64,000 nt of DNA from Eledone cirrhosa (Eukaryota), in NCBI GenBank assembly GCA_964016885.1, contig OZ024759.1, positions 10,478,001 to 10,542,000 on the forward strand, written 5' to 3'. Position 1 is the stretch's first letter. The number at the start of each line of letters is the position of its first letter. Below, piece by piece: positions 1-13,257 of the stretch. The translations under genes were made by a program, and so were the position numbers. The notes beneath the pieces are model-generated. The model was given only the letters and a program-made list of their open reading frames with translations. It had not been told where the DNA came from and searched no databases.

Positions 1-1550
1 TTGTGAGGTCAACTATACTTCCATTATATAGTGTTGTGAGGTCAACTATACTGCCATTATATAGTGTTGTGAGGTCAACTATACTTGCATTATATAGTGT
101 TGTGAGGTCAACTAAACTTGCATTATATACTGTTGTGAGGTCAACTATACTTCCATTATATAGTGTTGTGAGGTCAACTATACTTGCATTATATAGTGTT
201 GTGAGGTCAACTATACTTGCATTATATAGTGTTGTGAGGTCATCTATACTTCCATTATATAGTGTTGTGAGGTCAACTATACTTCCATTATATAGTGTTG
301 TGAGGTCAACTATACTTGCATTATATACTGTTGTGAGGTCAACTATACTTGCATTATATAGTGTTGTGAGGTCAACTATACTTGCATTATATAGTGTTGT
401 GAGGTCAACTATACTTGCATTATATAGTGTTGTGAGGTCAACTATACTTGCATTATATAGTGTTGTGAGGTCAACTATACTTCCATTATATAGTGTTGTG
501 AGGTCAACTATACTTCCATTATATAGTGTTGTGAGGTCAACTATACTTGCATTATATAGTGTTGTGAGGTCAACTATACTTGCATTATATAGTGTTGTGA
601 GGTCAACTATACTTGCATTATATAGTGTTGTGAGGTCAACTATACTTGCATTATATAGTGTACTGTTGTGAGGTCAACTATACTTCCATTATATAGTGTT
701 GTGAGGTCAACTATACTTCCATTATATAGTGTTGTGAGGTCAACTATACTTCCATTATATAGTGTTGTGAGGTCAACTATACTTGCATTATATAGTGTTG
801 TGAGGTCAACTATACTTGCATTATATAGTGTTGTGAGGTCAACTATACTTGCATTATATAGTGTTGTGAGGTCAACTATACTTGCATTATATACTGTTGT
901 GAGGTCAACTATACTTGCATTATATAGTGTTGTGAGGTCAACTATACTTCCATTATATAGTGTTGTGAGGTCAACTATACTTCCATTATATAGTGTTGTG
1001 AGGTCATCTATACTTCCATTATATAGTGTTGTGAGGTCAACTATACTTCCATTATATAGTGTACTGTTGTGAGGTCAACTATACTTCCATTATATAGTGT
1101 TGTGAGGTCAACTATACTTCCATTATATAGTGTTGTGAGGTCAACTATACTTCCATTATATAGTGTTGTGAGGTCAACTATACTTGCATTATATAGTGTT
1201 GTGAGGTCAACTATACTTGCATTATATAGTGTTGCGAGGTCAACTATACTTGCATTATATACTGTTGTGAGGTCAACTATACTTGCATTATATAGTGTTG
1301 TGAGGTCAACTATACTTCCATTATATAGTGTTGTGAGGTCAACTATACTTCCATTATATAGTGTTGTGAGGTCATCTATACTTCCATTATATAGTGTTGT
1401 GAGGTCAACTATACTTCCATTATATAGTGTACTGTTGTGAGGTCAACTATACTTCCATTATATAGTGTTGTGAGGTCAACTATACTTCCATTATATAGTG
1501 TTGTGAGGTCAACTATACTTCCATTATATAGTGTTGTGAGGTCAACTATA
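1..1550. repeat. 33-bp tandem minisatellite in a ZRANB1 intron (extends beyond the window start)
   Basis: Unit GTGAGGTCAACTATACTT(C/G)CATTATATAGTGTT repeated throughout; it explains the 11-aa repeat ORFs. Confidence 0.97.
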
Positions 1551-1587
1551 TATACCTGTAATCTACTATTTACCTTTGTCTCTGCAG

Positions 1588-1713
1588 GTGCTTCTCTTGA
1601 ACAAATGCATATATTTGCTCTTGCACACATACTCCGACGTCCAATTGTTGTATATGGTGTAAAATATGTAAAGAGTTTCCGAGGTGAAACAATAGGCTAC
1701 GCTAGATTTCAGG
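1588..1713 (+). CDS. ZRANB1: ZRANB1/TRABID OTU deubiquitinase, internal coding exon
   Basis: Acceptor tctgcag| and donor |gtaagt. Translates GASLEQMHIFALAHILRRPIVVYGVKYVKSFRGETIGYARFQG, matching the TRABID OTU domain; phase 1 joins the next exon. Confidence 0.95.
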
Positions 1714-1723
1714 GTAAGTCATA

Positions 1724-2044
1724 TACCACACCACACTACACTACACTGCACCACACTACACCATACTACACCACACCACACTACACTACACCGCACCGCA
1801 CCACACCACAGCACACTACACTACACTACACCGCACTACACCGCACCACACCACACTGCACCACACCACACTACACCGCACTACACTACACCACACTGCA
1901 CCACACCACACCACACCACGCCACGCTACAGCACACTGCACCGCACCACACTGCACTGCACCCCACACTACACTAGCCCCACACTAAACTACACTGCACT
2001 AGCCCCACACTAAACTACACCAGCCCTACACTAGCCCCACACTA
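1724..2044. repeat. Pentamer-based (ACACC/ACACT/GCACC)n simple repeat
   Basis: Directly visible just after the exon donor. Confidence 0.9.
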
Positions 2045-2224
2045 GAATGTTTGGTACCAGGAACAGTATTTGGCAGTAAAACATTGACACAAGAAGTACT
2101 CCGTAATGAGCATAACCCTTATTATAGGGTCTACATGAAGAAGAGAAATGGACCTTAAAATACTTTATTTTGTAGCCTCACACAGGCTATTTCACAATTT
2201 GAATTAATGTCAGATATTTTGGTG

Positions 2225-2685
2225 TCAACATTCAGTAATCAGAAGGGAGGTAAGTGTAAAAGCCAAACTTGCTCTCTTCTATTCGGTATTCGTGTCAACC
2301 CTTACCTATGGTCTTGAATCTTGGGTAATGACCGAAAGAATATGATTGCGAAACATTCCTCTGAGTAACAGGTCTTTGGAGTAACATTACTTGATAGAGT
2401 GCACTGCTTGGAGATCAGAGCCACTCCAGGTAGAGCCATTACTTCTCCAAATTGAGATATCACAGGAATGTCTCAGGAAAGAATCACTAAACAGATTTTA
2501 TGGGCAAAACCAACTGGCAGGAGACCCAGGAGTAGACCCTGAGCAAGATGGTTGGATAACATCCATGAGCTTGGCTGGTCTTGCTTTGGGATCCAGCTGG
2601 ATCAGTTGTTTCTGACAGGACTTCCTGGATGGAGAGTTTGAGGACTCTGACCCCCTTCTCGGGAGTAAGTTGGAGAAGAAGAAGA
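2225..2685 (+). mobile_element. Degenerate 3' fragment of an RTE-clade LINE
   Basis: Remnant peptide VFVSTLTYGLESWVMTER and GRPxxRW-type C-terminal motif; same family as 48795-49030. Confidence 0.7.
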
Positions 2686-2779
2686 CTGTTTTGTATGTGT
2701 GTATCTCCTGAAATATTTAGTTTATTCCATATTAAATTATTCACACCTTTGGTTACCAATAAACTTTATAGTGGTGATT

Positions 2780-3752
2780 CATGACTTTCGGAAACATTTT
2801 TTCACGCTCAGAGTTGCTGAAGCATGGAACAAACTACCTGCATCAGTTAATAGCTGTCGAGACTCTGCATCCTTTAAAACCTCCATGGAACAAACTACCT
2901 GCATCAGTTAATAGCTGTCGAGACTCTGCATCCTTTAAAACCTCCATGGAACAAACTACCTGCATCAGTTCTTAGCTGTCGAGACACTGCATCCTTTAAA
3001 ACCTCCATGGAACAAATTACCTGCATCAGTTAATAGCTGTCGAGACTCTGCATCCTTTAAAACCTCCATGGAACAAACTACCTGCATCAGTTGTTAGCTG
3101 TCGAGACACTGCATCCTTTAAAACCTCCATGGAACAAACTACCTGCATCAGTTGTTAGCTGTCGAGACACTGCATCCTTTAAAATTTCCATGAAACAAAC
3201 TACCTGCATCAGTTGTTAGCTGTCGAGACACTGCATCCTTTAAAACCTCCATGGAACAAACTACCTGCATCAGTTCTTAGCTGCCGAGACACTACATCCT
3301 TTAAAACCTCCATGGAACAAACTACCTGCATCAGTTGTTAGCTGTCGAGACACTGCATCCTTTAAAATTTCCATGAAACAAACTACCTGCATCAGTTGTT
3401 AGCTGTCGAGACACTGCATCCTTTAAAATTTCCATGAAACAAACTACCTGCATCAGTTCTTAGCTGCCGAGACACTACATCCTTTAAAACCTCCATGGAA
3501 CAAACTACCTGCATCAGTTGTTAGCTGTCAAGACACTGCATCCTTTTAAAACCTCCATGCTTCCCGAGATCCGCCAACACTACACCTAATGTTCCCCCTC
3601 CATACACACACACACATGTATATCATGACTCGTACACTATTCACTTCCCTGACATTTGTATATTATTCTATGTACTATACATGCACCTTTGATGAGTTGT
3701 AGTGCACCTGAGCACTGTACACAATAATTTCATTATTATTATTATTATTATT
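2780..3752 (+). mobile_element. 3' end of a CR1/L2-like LINE with an internal 58-bp tandem expansion (about 2823-3559) and (ATT)n tail
   Basis: HDFRKHFFTLRVAEAWNKLPASV is the typical CR1-group ORF2 C-terminus; same family as 62770-63440; tail also seen inverted at about 38930-39035. Confidence 0.85.
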
Positions 3753-3814
3753 TCTGAAATGTCCATGGTATTATATGCATTTCATCATCAGTGGTTTTTT
3801 TGTCTTAATTGCAG

Positions 3815-4044
3815 GAGTGTATTTACCATTATTGTGGGAGAGAAGCTTTTGTTGGAAAACTCCCATTGCACTAGGTTACACCCGTGGACATTTCTCTGCA
3901 TTGGTCCCTATGGAACCTGACACAGATGACATGATTGGAGCAGGGGCTAATATGGACTCCAACGAAGGTGACCAGATGGTCTATCTGCCTCTAATTGACA
4001 GTGAAGGCAAATTGTTACCTGTTCATTTTCTAAGTCGATCAGAG
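3815..4044 (+). CDS. ZRANB1: ZRANB1/TRABID penultimate coding exon, containing the catalytic His motif GYTRGHFSAL
   Basis: Acceptor ttgcag| and donor GAG|gtgagt. Translates GVYLPLLWERSFCWKTPIALGYTRGHFSALV...LPLIDSEGKLLPVHFLSRSE. Confidence 0.95.
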
Positions 4045-4320
4045 GTGAGTTGTTGTGGTATATGACTGTGAGTAACAGCGAGTGGCTCAGTGGTTAGAGA
4101 TTTATTTTCACAATCACGTGGTTGTGAGTTCAATTCCCAGGCCGGGTGATACACCATGTCCTTCAGCAAGTCACTTTATTTCACGTTGTTCTTTCTGCCA
4201 GGAGTTGTGACCGGTACATAGTATCAGTAAGGAAAAGATGAATGGAAACATTGCTTCCTTGGTCCTATCTTATGAGTTCTGCCTCAGTAAGGTCTCAGAT
4301 GATGTTGATTGATTCCTAAT

Positions 4321-4321
<1 letters not shown>

Positions 4322-4351
<30 letters not shown>

Positions 4352-4563
4352 ATGTATATGTATGTGTGTGTATATGTATATATGTGTGTGTGTGTATGTG
4401 GGTATGTATATATGTGTGTGTATGTATATATGTGTATATGTGTGTGTATGTATATATGTGTATATGTGTGTGTATGTATATATGTGTATATGTGTGTGTA
4501 TGTATATGTGTATATGTGTGTGTATGTATATATGTGTGTGTATGTATATATGTGTGTGTATGT
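4322..4563. repeat. (TG/TA)n compound microsatellite
   Basis: Directly visible. Confidence 0.95.
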
Positions 4564-4835
4564 ATCATCATCATCATTTTACGCCCGCTTTTCCCTGCTT
4601 GCAAGGGTGGGACGGGAACTGATTCTGGCTTGATTTCTACAGCTGGATGCCCTTCCTAACACCAACCTCATTTACAGTGGGTGCTGGGTGCTTTTTTGCC
4701 GTGGCACCTCCACGACCACTTTGCAGTGGAATGATAGGGACCCCAGTCCCTATCATCTCATTTCTACAGCTGAGTAAACTGGAGCAATGTGAAATAAAGT
4801 GTCTTGTTCAAGGAAACAACACATCACCCGGTCTG
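4564..4835 (-). mobile_element. tRNA-derived SINE family B with RTE-type tail, 5'-truncated
   Basis: Reverse complement of the copies at 49296 and 52343; ends in (ATG)n. Confidence 0.88.
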
Positions 4836-4855
4836 GGGATATATATATATACACG

Positions 4856-5195
4856 CAGATCCCCCCGCCCCCTCCAGTATTCGCGGGGCTTACGTTCCTA
4901 GAGCACCCGCGAAGAGTAAAAAACCGCGAATATTGGACATGGTTCATAAAAATAACTATAAATGTCAAAACAATGTAAAACATAGGCCGGCAAATACAGT
5001 ATATTGCTGTTGTTAATAATTTAGTGTTAAAAAGCTTGAAAAAATATATATTGCCACGGAAAAAGGCATAAAAATATCGTGGAAGATATTTGTGTGGTTT
5101 CCACGAATGTGTGATGGCTTCCACGAACAATTATTGGTTAGGTTCTAAGGAAAATTCTGTGAATAACCGAGTCCACGATGCCAGGGATACACTTT
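4856..5195. mobile_element. Tigger/pogo-like MITE
   Basis: Starts CAG..CCCC..GTATTCGCGGG and ends with a degenerate inverse followed by TA; a second partial copy is at 32441. Confidence 0.55.
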
Positions 5196-6344
5196 ATACA
5201 CTGAATAAGACCCGTCCCACCCTTGCAAGCAGGGAAAAGCGGACGTAAAATGATGATGATGATGATATATATATATAAAGAAATGCAGAGAAACCCCAGT
5301 TGCTGGGACCTGCAGAAGAGGTACACCCAGAAAAACACGGGATGAGATTGTGAAGGAGGCTGACCTAAAACTAAACCTCACAACAGAAATGACTCAAGAT
5401 TGTGAGGGCTGGCGCTATGTGGTGTTAATGAAGACCTGACCTTGGCTAATGTCACCTCAGATATTTTGGTGTGTCGACATTTTGTAATCGGCTCACCAAC
5501 AGCTATCCCTGATATCCCTGTACACACCTCATGCTCCCTCCCCACACAAGATCCTATTTACTATCCCCTGTGAAGTGGTTGGTGAAGGGAAGCTGTGGCA
5601 GGCCTGCCAAACAAAGGGTTTGGAGGACCCTTCAGTCACACCAAACTATGACAGCCTCCCTAGTGTTGGTGACCTACACAAGAAACGCACTCAGTACACC
5701 TGTAAAGTGGTTGGTGATAGGAAGGGCTTCAAGCCGTAGAAAGTTTGCCAAACAAGGGTTGGAAGGACCCTTCAGGTATGTCAAGGACCTGACACCTTCC
5801 CCTGCACATGACTGTACATAGGTGAGAAGACAGATCCCTGGCTTTCTGGGAGATCAATAGCCACTGCTTCACTACAGACTTGGTCTATGGAGACCCATCT
5901 AACTCTTGCTAGCAGGGAAAGTGAACATGAAAATGATGATGATGGTATATATTCAGGCAGGAGTTGTGACTGGTTTATAGTATCAGCAATGGAAACATTG
6001 TTTCCTTGGTCCTTTTTGATGAGTTCCACCTCACTAGGTAAGTGAATGAGGTCTGGGATCTTGTTGATCATTTTTTTTTAAATGGCTGTCAATTGACACG
6101 CTGGTGTACAAGTCGACATTTGGAGCCTAAACATATCTCTCCAAAACCAGGGGTCAACTTGTCCACCAAATATAAAATGTGAACTTTTACCACTGAGGGG
6201 TAAACAGTGAAACTGCCTGCCTAACACTGGTTGTACACCATTTACCATAACTCTAGCAGCCCAGCACAATTATTTCCTACTGAATCTCATATTTGTTAAG
6301 ACTATTTAATGTAGAGATTATAATATTAATGACTTGTCATAGCT

Positions 6345-7070
6345 AACAGGGTAGGTTACTATAGGGCAGGTTACCATAGGGCAGGTTACCACAGGGTAGG
6401 GTACCATAGAGTAGGTTACCATAGGGTAGGGTACCATAGGGTATGTTGCTACAGGGTAGGTTACCGTAGAGTAGGTTACTATAGGGCAGGGTACCATAGG
6501 GTAGGTTACTGTAGGGTAGGTTACCATAGGTTAGGTTAACATAGGGTAGGTTACCATAGGGTAGGTTACCATAGAGTAGATTAACATAGGGTAGGTTACT
6601 ATAGAGTAGGTTACCGTAGGGTAGATTACTGTAGGGTAGGTTACCATAGGGTAGGTTACCATAGAGTAGGTTAACATAGGGTAGGTTACTATAGAGTAGG
6701 TTACCATAGGGTAGGTTACTATAGAGTAGGTTACCATAGAGTAGGTTAACATAGGGTATGTTACCATAGGTTAGGTTACCGTAGGGTAGGTTACTATAGA
6801 GTAGCTTACCATAGGGTAGGTTAACATAGGGTAGGTTACCATAGGTTAGGTTACCGTAGGGTAGGTTACTATAGAGTAGCTTACCATAGGGTAGGTTAAC
6901 ATAGGGTAGGTTAACATAGGGTAGGTTACCATAGGTTAGGTTACTATAGAGTAGGTTGCCGTAGGGTAGGTTACTATAGAGTAGGTTGCCGTATGGTAGG
7001 TTACCATAGGTTAGGTTACTATAGAGTAGGTTGCCGTATGGTAGGTTACCATAGGTTTGTTAAGGTTAGG
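6345..7070. repeat. 15-bp minisatellite (AGGGTAGGTTACCAT)n in the last ZRANB1 intron
   Basis: Directly visible; explains the 5-aa repeat ORFs. Confidence 0.95.
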
Positions 7071-7345
7071 CTAGGCTGGTTTACTCAGTTCGAACTCACT
7101 TGTGACTGAAGTGTTTTAGAAGAAATGTCTTAGCCTTTAGCGCGCCACTAAATTTTCTGGATTATTTCCCCTGCAAATGCCTTATTTATTGGGGGTCATC
7201 TGGCGAATATAGGCCTAAACCTGACTTACATCTCACTGTTTTAGGGGTTGACCTACGTGCCGAATTGACTTGTACGCTGGCATATACAGTATATACATTG
7301 GAAATTGTTACATTTTCTAAGACTTAAATTCTCTTCTTTTTTTAG

Positions 7346-7582
7346 ATGGGTCGTGAAGAGAGCATTATTCGAGAGTGGTTGGATTGCTGTGTTACCAAAG
7401 GTGGAATATTAGTAGCCCTACAGAAACTTGGCAAACGGCCTTCGTTGGTCAAGCAAATGGTCGATGAATGGCTGGATCATTACAGACAGCTCTCCCAGCA
7501 CATGGTCAGTCCCGGCCACCAAGCCAACATCTCTTCAACTGCCCCGACGTTCTCTAGCGATGGTGAAAGCGATGAGGAGTAA
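7346..7582 (+). CDS. ZRANB1: ZRANB1/TRABID terminal coding exon
   Basis: Polypyrimidine tract with tttag| acceptor, phase 0. MGREESIIREWLDCCVTKGGILVALQK...LVKQMVDEWLDHYRQL...SDGESDEE-stop matches the TRABID C-terminus. Confidence 0.95.
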   Translation: MGREESIIREWLDCCVTKGGILVALQKLGKRPSLVKQMVDEWLDHYRQLSQHMVSPGHQANISSTAPTFSSDGESDEE

Positions 7583-8193
7583 CAATCGTTTGTAAACTTT
7601 GGCCACTCATAAAAAATGTGGTGTAGCCCGTTTCCCCTTCCCGTAGCCATTTTTTATAAGTGCTTCTCTTAGTTGTGTGATGTCTGTCTGTCTGACTGCC
7701 TGTGTGCCAGACTACTTCCCATGTAAGTATTGTGGATTCACAGAGAGAGAAAAAAAACAATGCCTTCTGGCGGTGTGTGGTTTTTTTGGTTTTTTTTTTT
7801 TTTTTTTTTTAGCAAATTTTTTTTTTTTGACGATGTGTGAGAACACATGACTTCTTCTTCTTCTTCATATGGAGAGAAGAAAAAATGTAAAAAAAAAAAA
7901 AAAGAAAAAGAAAATAGAAAGAAAAAAAAATAGAAAAGCTGGTTGAAGCCTCCCTTAAATATTTTTCTTGAACATCTTATAAAGAAGTGAACTCTGAGAG
8001 AAGGAATTGGCTGTGGAAGAACAGAAGTGTGACATGAGAGAAAAACTAATAGAAAATCAACCAATTTAGGAAACAGGCAGAGTCTGTTGCAGTGGAATTA
8101 TCTCACAGTTTGTATTGGAACATAAATTGGCTAAATGTCAACTTTATTTATTTTTCTTTCCAGAAAGGTTTCAATCTTAACTAATCCCCCATG

Positions 8194-9117
8194 TACATAT
8201 ACACACACACATACACACACACACATACACACACACATATACACACACATACACTCACACACACACATATACACACACATACACTCACACACACACATAC
8301 ATGCAGATACACACACACACACGCACATACACACACACATATACAGACATCCACACACACACACTCACATACACACTCACACACATACACACACACACAC
8401 ACACACACATACACACACATACATGCACATACACAGACACACACACATACACACATACATACACACACACACTCACACACACACGCACATACATGCACAC
8501 ACACACATATACAGACATCCACACACACACACATACACACGCACATATATAGACACTCACACATACACACAGACACATATAGACACACACCTACAATTTT
8601 TATACACACACACATATCTATATAGGCACACCTACATTTTTTATACATACATCACACACACACACATATATAGACACACACCTATAATTTTTCATACACA
8701 CACACATATACATACATCAACATTTTTTATATATATACACACACGTACAATTTTTTATACATATATACACACACATGTACACACCTACAATTTTTTTATA
8801 CACACTCAAGTACACACCTACTATTTTTAAACATACACTCAAGTACACACCTACTATTTTTAAACATATACACACACACACACCTACAATATTTTTATGC
8901 ATATACACACACATGCACACACACCTACAATTTTTTACACACACACACATCTCCAATCTTTTACACACACACACACCTACAATTTTTTACACACACACAC
9001 ACCTACAATTTTATACACACACACACGCACACCAGCAATTTTTTACACACGCACACACACCTACAATTTTTTACACACACACACACATCTACAATCTTTT
9101 ACACACACGCACACACG

Positions 9118-9153
<36 letters not shown>

Positions 9154-9250
9154 CCATTTTTTATACACACATTTACAATTTTTTTATGTACAGACATATG
9201 CAATTTCTCACACACTAACCCCAGACATTTACAAATGTTTCCACACATAC
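8194..9250. repeat. (CA)-rich microsatellite grading into ACACCTACAATTTTT-containing repeats
   Basis: Directly visible. Confidence 0.9.
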
Positions 9251-9839
9251 AACTGTTCAAATACATAGAGACACATCTATAAAATTTCGTTGGTACATGA
9301 AATAACTTGGCTGTGGGGATATTTGATTCCACAAAAATGTTGTTTGTACTAAAAACTCCCTGAAAAGTTCTTTAGTAGAATACTCACTCGAAATCTCTCT
9401 TCCTTTTTGGTTTTTAATTTAATTTCAGCTTTTGTAATGAAAAGGAATTAAAAACAAAAAAAAAATATATTAATAAATAATAAAATAAAAAGATAAAAAG
9501 AAATAGCAAGAACATAAGCTGGATAAGAATTGGTTCTATTAGATAGGAACTGTGCAATACTCTGTAATTATATCTTCTTCTTCTTGTTGTGTCATCCCTC
9601 TTTCGAAGGTGAAACATTCATTCTGCTTCTTCTAATGGTTTGTCTCACCTACATAAACACCCACACCACCAATGACATCCAACAGAAAGGTTTAGCACCA
9701 ATGATGTCGTAACTCGTTTCTACACCTGAATAAACTGAAGCAACATAAGATGAAGGACACAACACATCACCCAAAAAAATCAAACTCACAACCTCGCCAT
9801 TGCCAGCCCAATGCTCTAGTCACTAAGCTATGCGACTTG

Positions 9840-9977
<138 letters not shown>

Positions 9978-9980
9978 GTA

Positions 9981-11257
9981 TAGGGTGCAGACGATATTTG
10001 TTCACAAGATTACTGTCTAGGACAAAATAACACAGTAGTTTTATTTTTTAAGATATATTTATCAAACTTGGGTCAGATTGTCTTCATGACTTGTTCTTTC
10101 GATCTCACTCGATAAACCCAACATTGGCTTTGATGACGGCCTCAAGGCGGCCTCGGAACTGGCTACAGGCCTTCGTCACTGCCCCCCGACTTAGGCCCCT
10201 AAAGGCACTTGTGATCCTGACCTTCAGATCGTCTTTCGTATTGCAGCTAGATCTGTTGGTGTCTCGTTCCACTGCGCCCCACACAAAGAAGTCGAGGGGG
10301 TTGCAGTCAGGCGAGCTGGGAGGCCAGATGTCAGGTGAAGTGTGGTCGACGAAGTTCTCTGACAGCCAGGCTTGGGTCTTTTGGCTGGTATGGCAGGGTG
10401 CTGAGTCTTGCTGCCACACGTACGGCCTACCTGCAGCTACCTGGTCGATCCAGGGCTTTACTACCTCGCTCAGAACGCGGATGTAGCCATTAGTGTCCAG
10501 CTTGAGGCCCTCGGGGAAGAAGTGAGGTGGCATGACGACACCTAAGACCAATGTTGTCGCTGAAAACTTTGTCTGCATGACTCTGGGCACATCTTTGGAT
10601 GAGACAGCGAGCCACCTGTTGTTCTGGGAGTTGATCTTCTGGTCTTGGTTTTTCTCGTCGGAGAAAAACCACAGCATGTCTGGCTCCAGTGGGTGTTTCA
10701 ACTTGTTGATCAGCTGCTTTGCGTGCTTCAGTCACTTTTCTTGCATCACCTTTAACAGAAATTGTCCTTTCCTCATCTTGTATGAAACGTAGCGAATGTC
10801 TTCATGTACCACCAGCCTAATGAGCTTTTCATCCACGCCTTTCTCCCTTGCAATGGCACGCATCGACTTGCTAGGTTCATTGTTGATGATATCCTGAACT
10901 TCAGCGATGAACTCGGGCGTTCTGAAGGCGTCAGATCGTCGATCATGTGTTTTCCTCTCTGATGATGCTTCGTAGTCGAATCTTGAATCTTCCAATTCCT
11001 TTCTGACCTTTTCCACCATTCTCCTGCTGACGCTGAGAAAGTCTGAAATTTCCTTATTTGTCCTCCCGGCGCGGATTCCAAGAACTCCGTGTCGCTTCCA
11101 AAATTAGGAGGTTCAAAATTATTCATAATCAATTATTCTGAAAATAAATAATGGAAATATAGTCAGTTTTTATGAAGACAAGAGTGACAACGGAAGTAAA
11201 AAAAATTTGCATAAAATTAGCAGTTGAAAATTGCGAACAAATATCGTCTGCACCCTG
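9981..11257 (-). mobile_element. Tc1/mariner-superfamily transposon, DD37D (maT-type), full length with frameshifted transposase
   Basis: 27-bp TIRs (C/T)AGGGTGCAGACGATATTTGTTC(A/G)CAA at 9981-10007 and 11231-11257, flanked by TA. Motifs FFSDEK, WQQDSAPCH and WPPSSPDCNPLD, with 37 residues between the second and third Asp. Confidence 0.93.
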
Positions 11258-11950
11258 TATCATCATCATCATCATCATTTTACGTCCGCTTTTCCCTGCT
11301 TGCAAGGGTGGGACGGAAACTGATTCTGGCTTTATTTCTACAGCTGGATGCCCTTCCTGACACCAACCTCATTTACAGTGAGTGCTGGGTGCTTTTTTGC
11401 CATGGCACCTCCACGACCACCTTGCAGTGTGGGGGCATATTGTCTATATGCTTCAGCTTGTACCCGTGGCAAGTCGGGTTTTCTGTATTACTGCGTGACG
11501 CCAGAGGTCACGGTCATGTGTCATCGCCCTTGAGATGTGTAATTGGGTAAGGTTGGCGTTTATCACCTCATCCCAGGTCTTCTTGGGTCTCCCACTCTGC
11601 GGCTTCCATCGACTTCTAGTGCTCTGCACCTTTTTATGCAGCTGTCATCCTTCATACACATCACATGTCCATACCAATGCCACCGCCTCTCCTGCACACA
11701 GCATTTGATTCCTCTTATGCTCAGTCTCTCTCAATTAATTTATGCTTTGCTGTTCGCGTATATTACTATTACACATCCGTCGGAGCATGCAGGCTTCGTT
11801 TCTTGCTAATCTACGCAAGTCTTCCACAGACAGCACCCAGGTCTCACTACCATGTAACATTGCTGTTCGGATACACATCATACAGTCTGCCTTTCGCAGC
11901 TAGCAATGGCAGTAGTTCCCTGAACTTCTTCCATTCCATTTTTACCCTGA
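11258..11950 (-). mobile_element. RTE LINE 3' fragment with 3' UTR and (ATG)n tail
   Basis: Collinear with 50957-51800; reverse strand shows RWHWYGHVM and GRPKKTWDEVI motifs. Confidence 0.85.
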
Positions 11951-12029
11951 TATATGTACACACTGTTTATGTTAGATGGTTTAACTAATCGGTTGATCAA
12001 GTCATTCTAATTAGCAGATCACGATGCAT

Positions 12030-12555
12030 CTTTGCACAAAACGTCGCTTCATTTAACAACACAAAACTCCTCTCTAACAGAAATAACAACAATATTAGTG
12101 GTGAGCAAATTAGGAGTTGCAACTGTCTGGATAGATCATTGTGCCCCCTCAACAACAGATGCCGCAAGCGAAACGTCTACCAGTGCAATGTGAGGAAGGG
12201 ACATTCCTACAAGGCTTACTTCAGATTTACTGCCTGTAACTTTAAGACATGATACTACCAACATCAACATTCATTTAGAAACCCGGCCGGCGACATGCTA
12301 CAGCACTTTCTGGCCATATTTGGGACCCCCAAGACAACAATGTTACCTATCATCTAACATGGAACCTACTTTCCAAGGCAAAATCATACTCAGGAGGACA
12401 CAGTCTGTGCAATTTATGCTCAGAGGAAACGATCCAGATTCTATTTGCAAAGGACGAATTGTTAAACAAAGGGGATGAACTTGTTACCTCGTGTAAGCAC
12501 AAAATATATAGGACATATCTTACCTTCAAACCCCTTCACAACCCAGGTGGGTAGA
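12030..12555 (+). mobile_element. Degenerate Penelope-like element, GIY-YIG endonuclease region
   Basis: CNCLDRSLCPLNNRC linker and YSGGHSLCNLC parallel the same motifs in the 58921-59838 ORF. Confidence 0.7.
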
Positions 12556-13257
12556 TCTTGGCTTTAATATCCTTCCCACTTACATACTAAGATAGAGGAA
12601 ACCCCAAGCATCCTTAGGTAGAAATAGAATATCTTCATTTCTGCAAAAATATACATATCGCCCTATAGAAACAGCCGAACAGTTAGCTATGATACTTAAC
12701 TAGATCTATCACTCATAATTTAAGCACGATGCACAAGCTTACTTGCAGCCATTACTGGGCCGCTGCAATGGCAAGCCTGGTATATAGAGTAAATGTGTAT
12801 GTACTATCATATAAACTTTTATTAGACCAGTGTGTAAACACCATCAAAAACTATAGCATTAGAATTATTGTTAATGAAAGCTATTGGCTAACCTTCAATT
12901 CTATTATTTCCTTTTGCTAATATTTTGCGATGGCTTTGATATACGTTAACTTTGAGGCATTTCTTATGTCAAGAAAGAGCAAATCAACAAACACGCAAAT
13001 ATATTACGCCATTCTCTTCAACTTAAATACGCCGAGATTATATTTTCTCTCATTGTTTTCTTTCCTCGTGAATCTAATGAAGTTAAACACAATAACATTT
13101 CTACAGATTAGAAATAGTTCAGGAAACATTCTCTCTTAATAGCGTGTTAACGCGACTGACTGGCTTAGCACTTTCAGGTCAGCAAGTCTACTCACCCATT
13201 TCCGCTTGCTTTTTGGCCTGTCTAGCCCCTTACCACCAAGAATGTAATAAATATAAT

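Noticed and set aside
3-1550. Long repetitive ORFs (VVRSTILPLYS)n
   Set aside because: By-product of a stop-free 33-bp unit inside an intron; the real exon starts at the AG at 1586-1587.
6345-7070. Interstitial telomeric repeat
   Set aside because: The unit is a 15-mer (AGGGTAGGTTACCAT), not tandem TTAGGG.
8131-9332. His/Thr- and Cys/Val-rich ORFs
   Set aside because: Translations of CA/TG microsatellite, as at 4309-4659 and 60840-61166.
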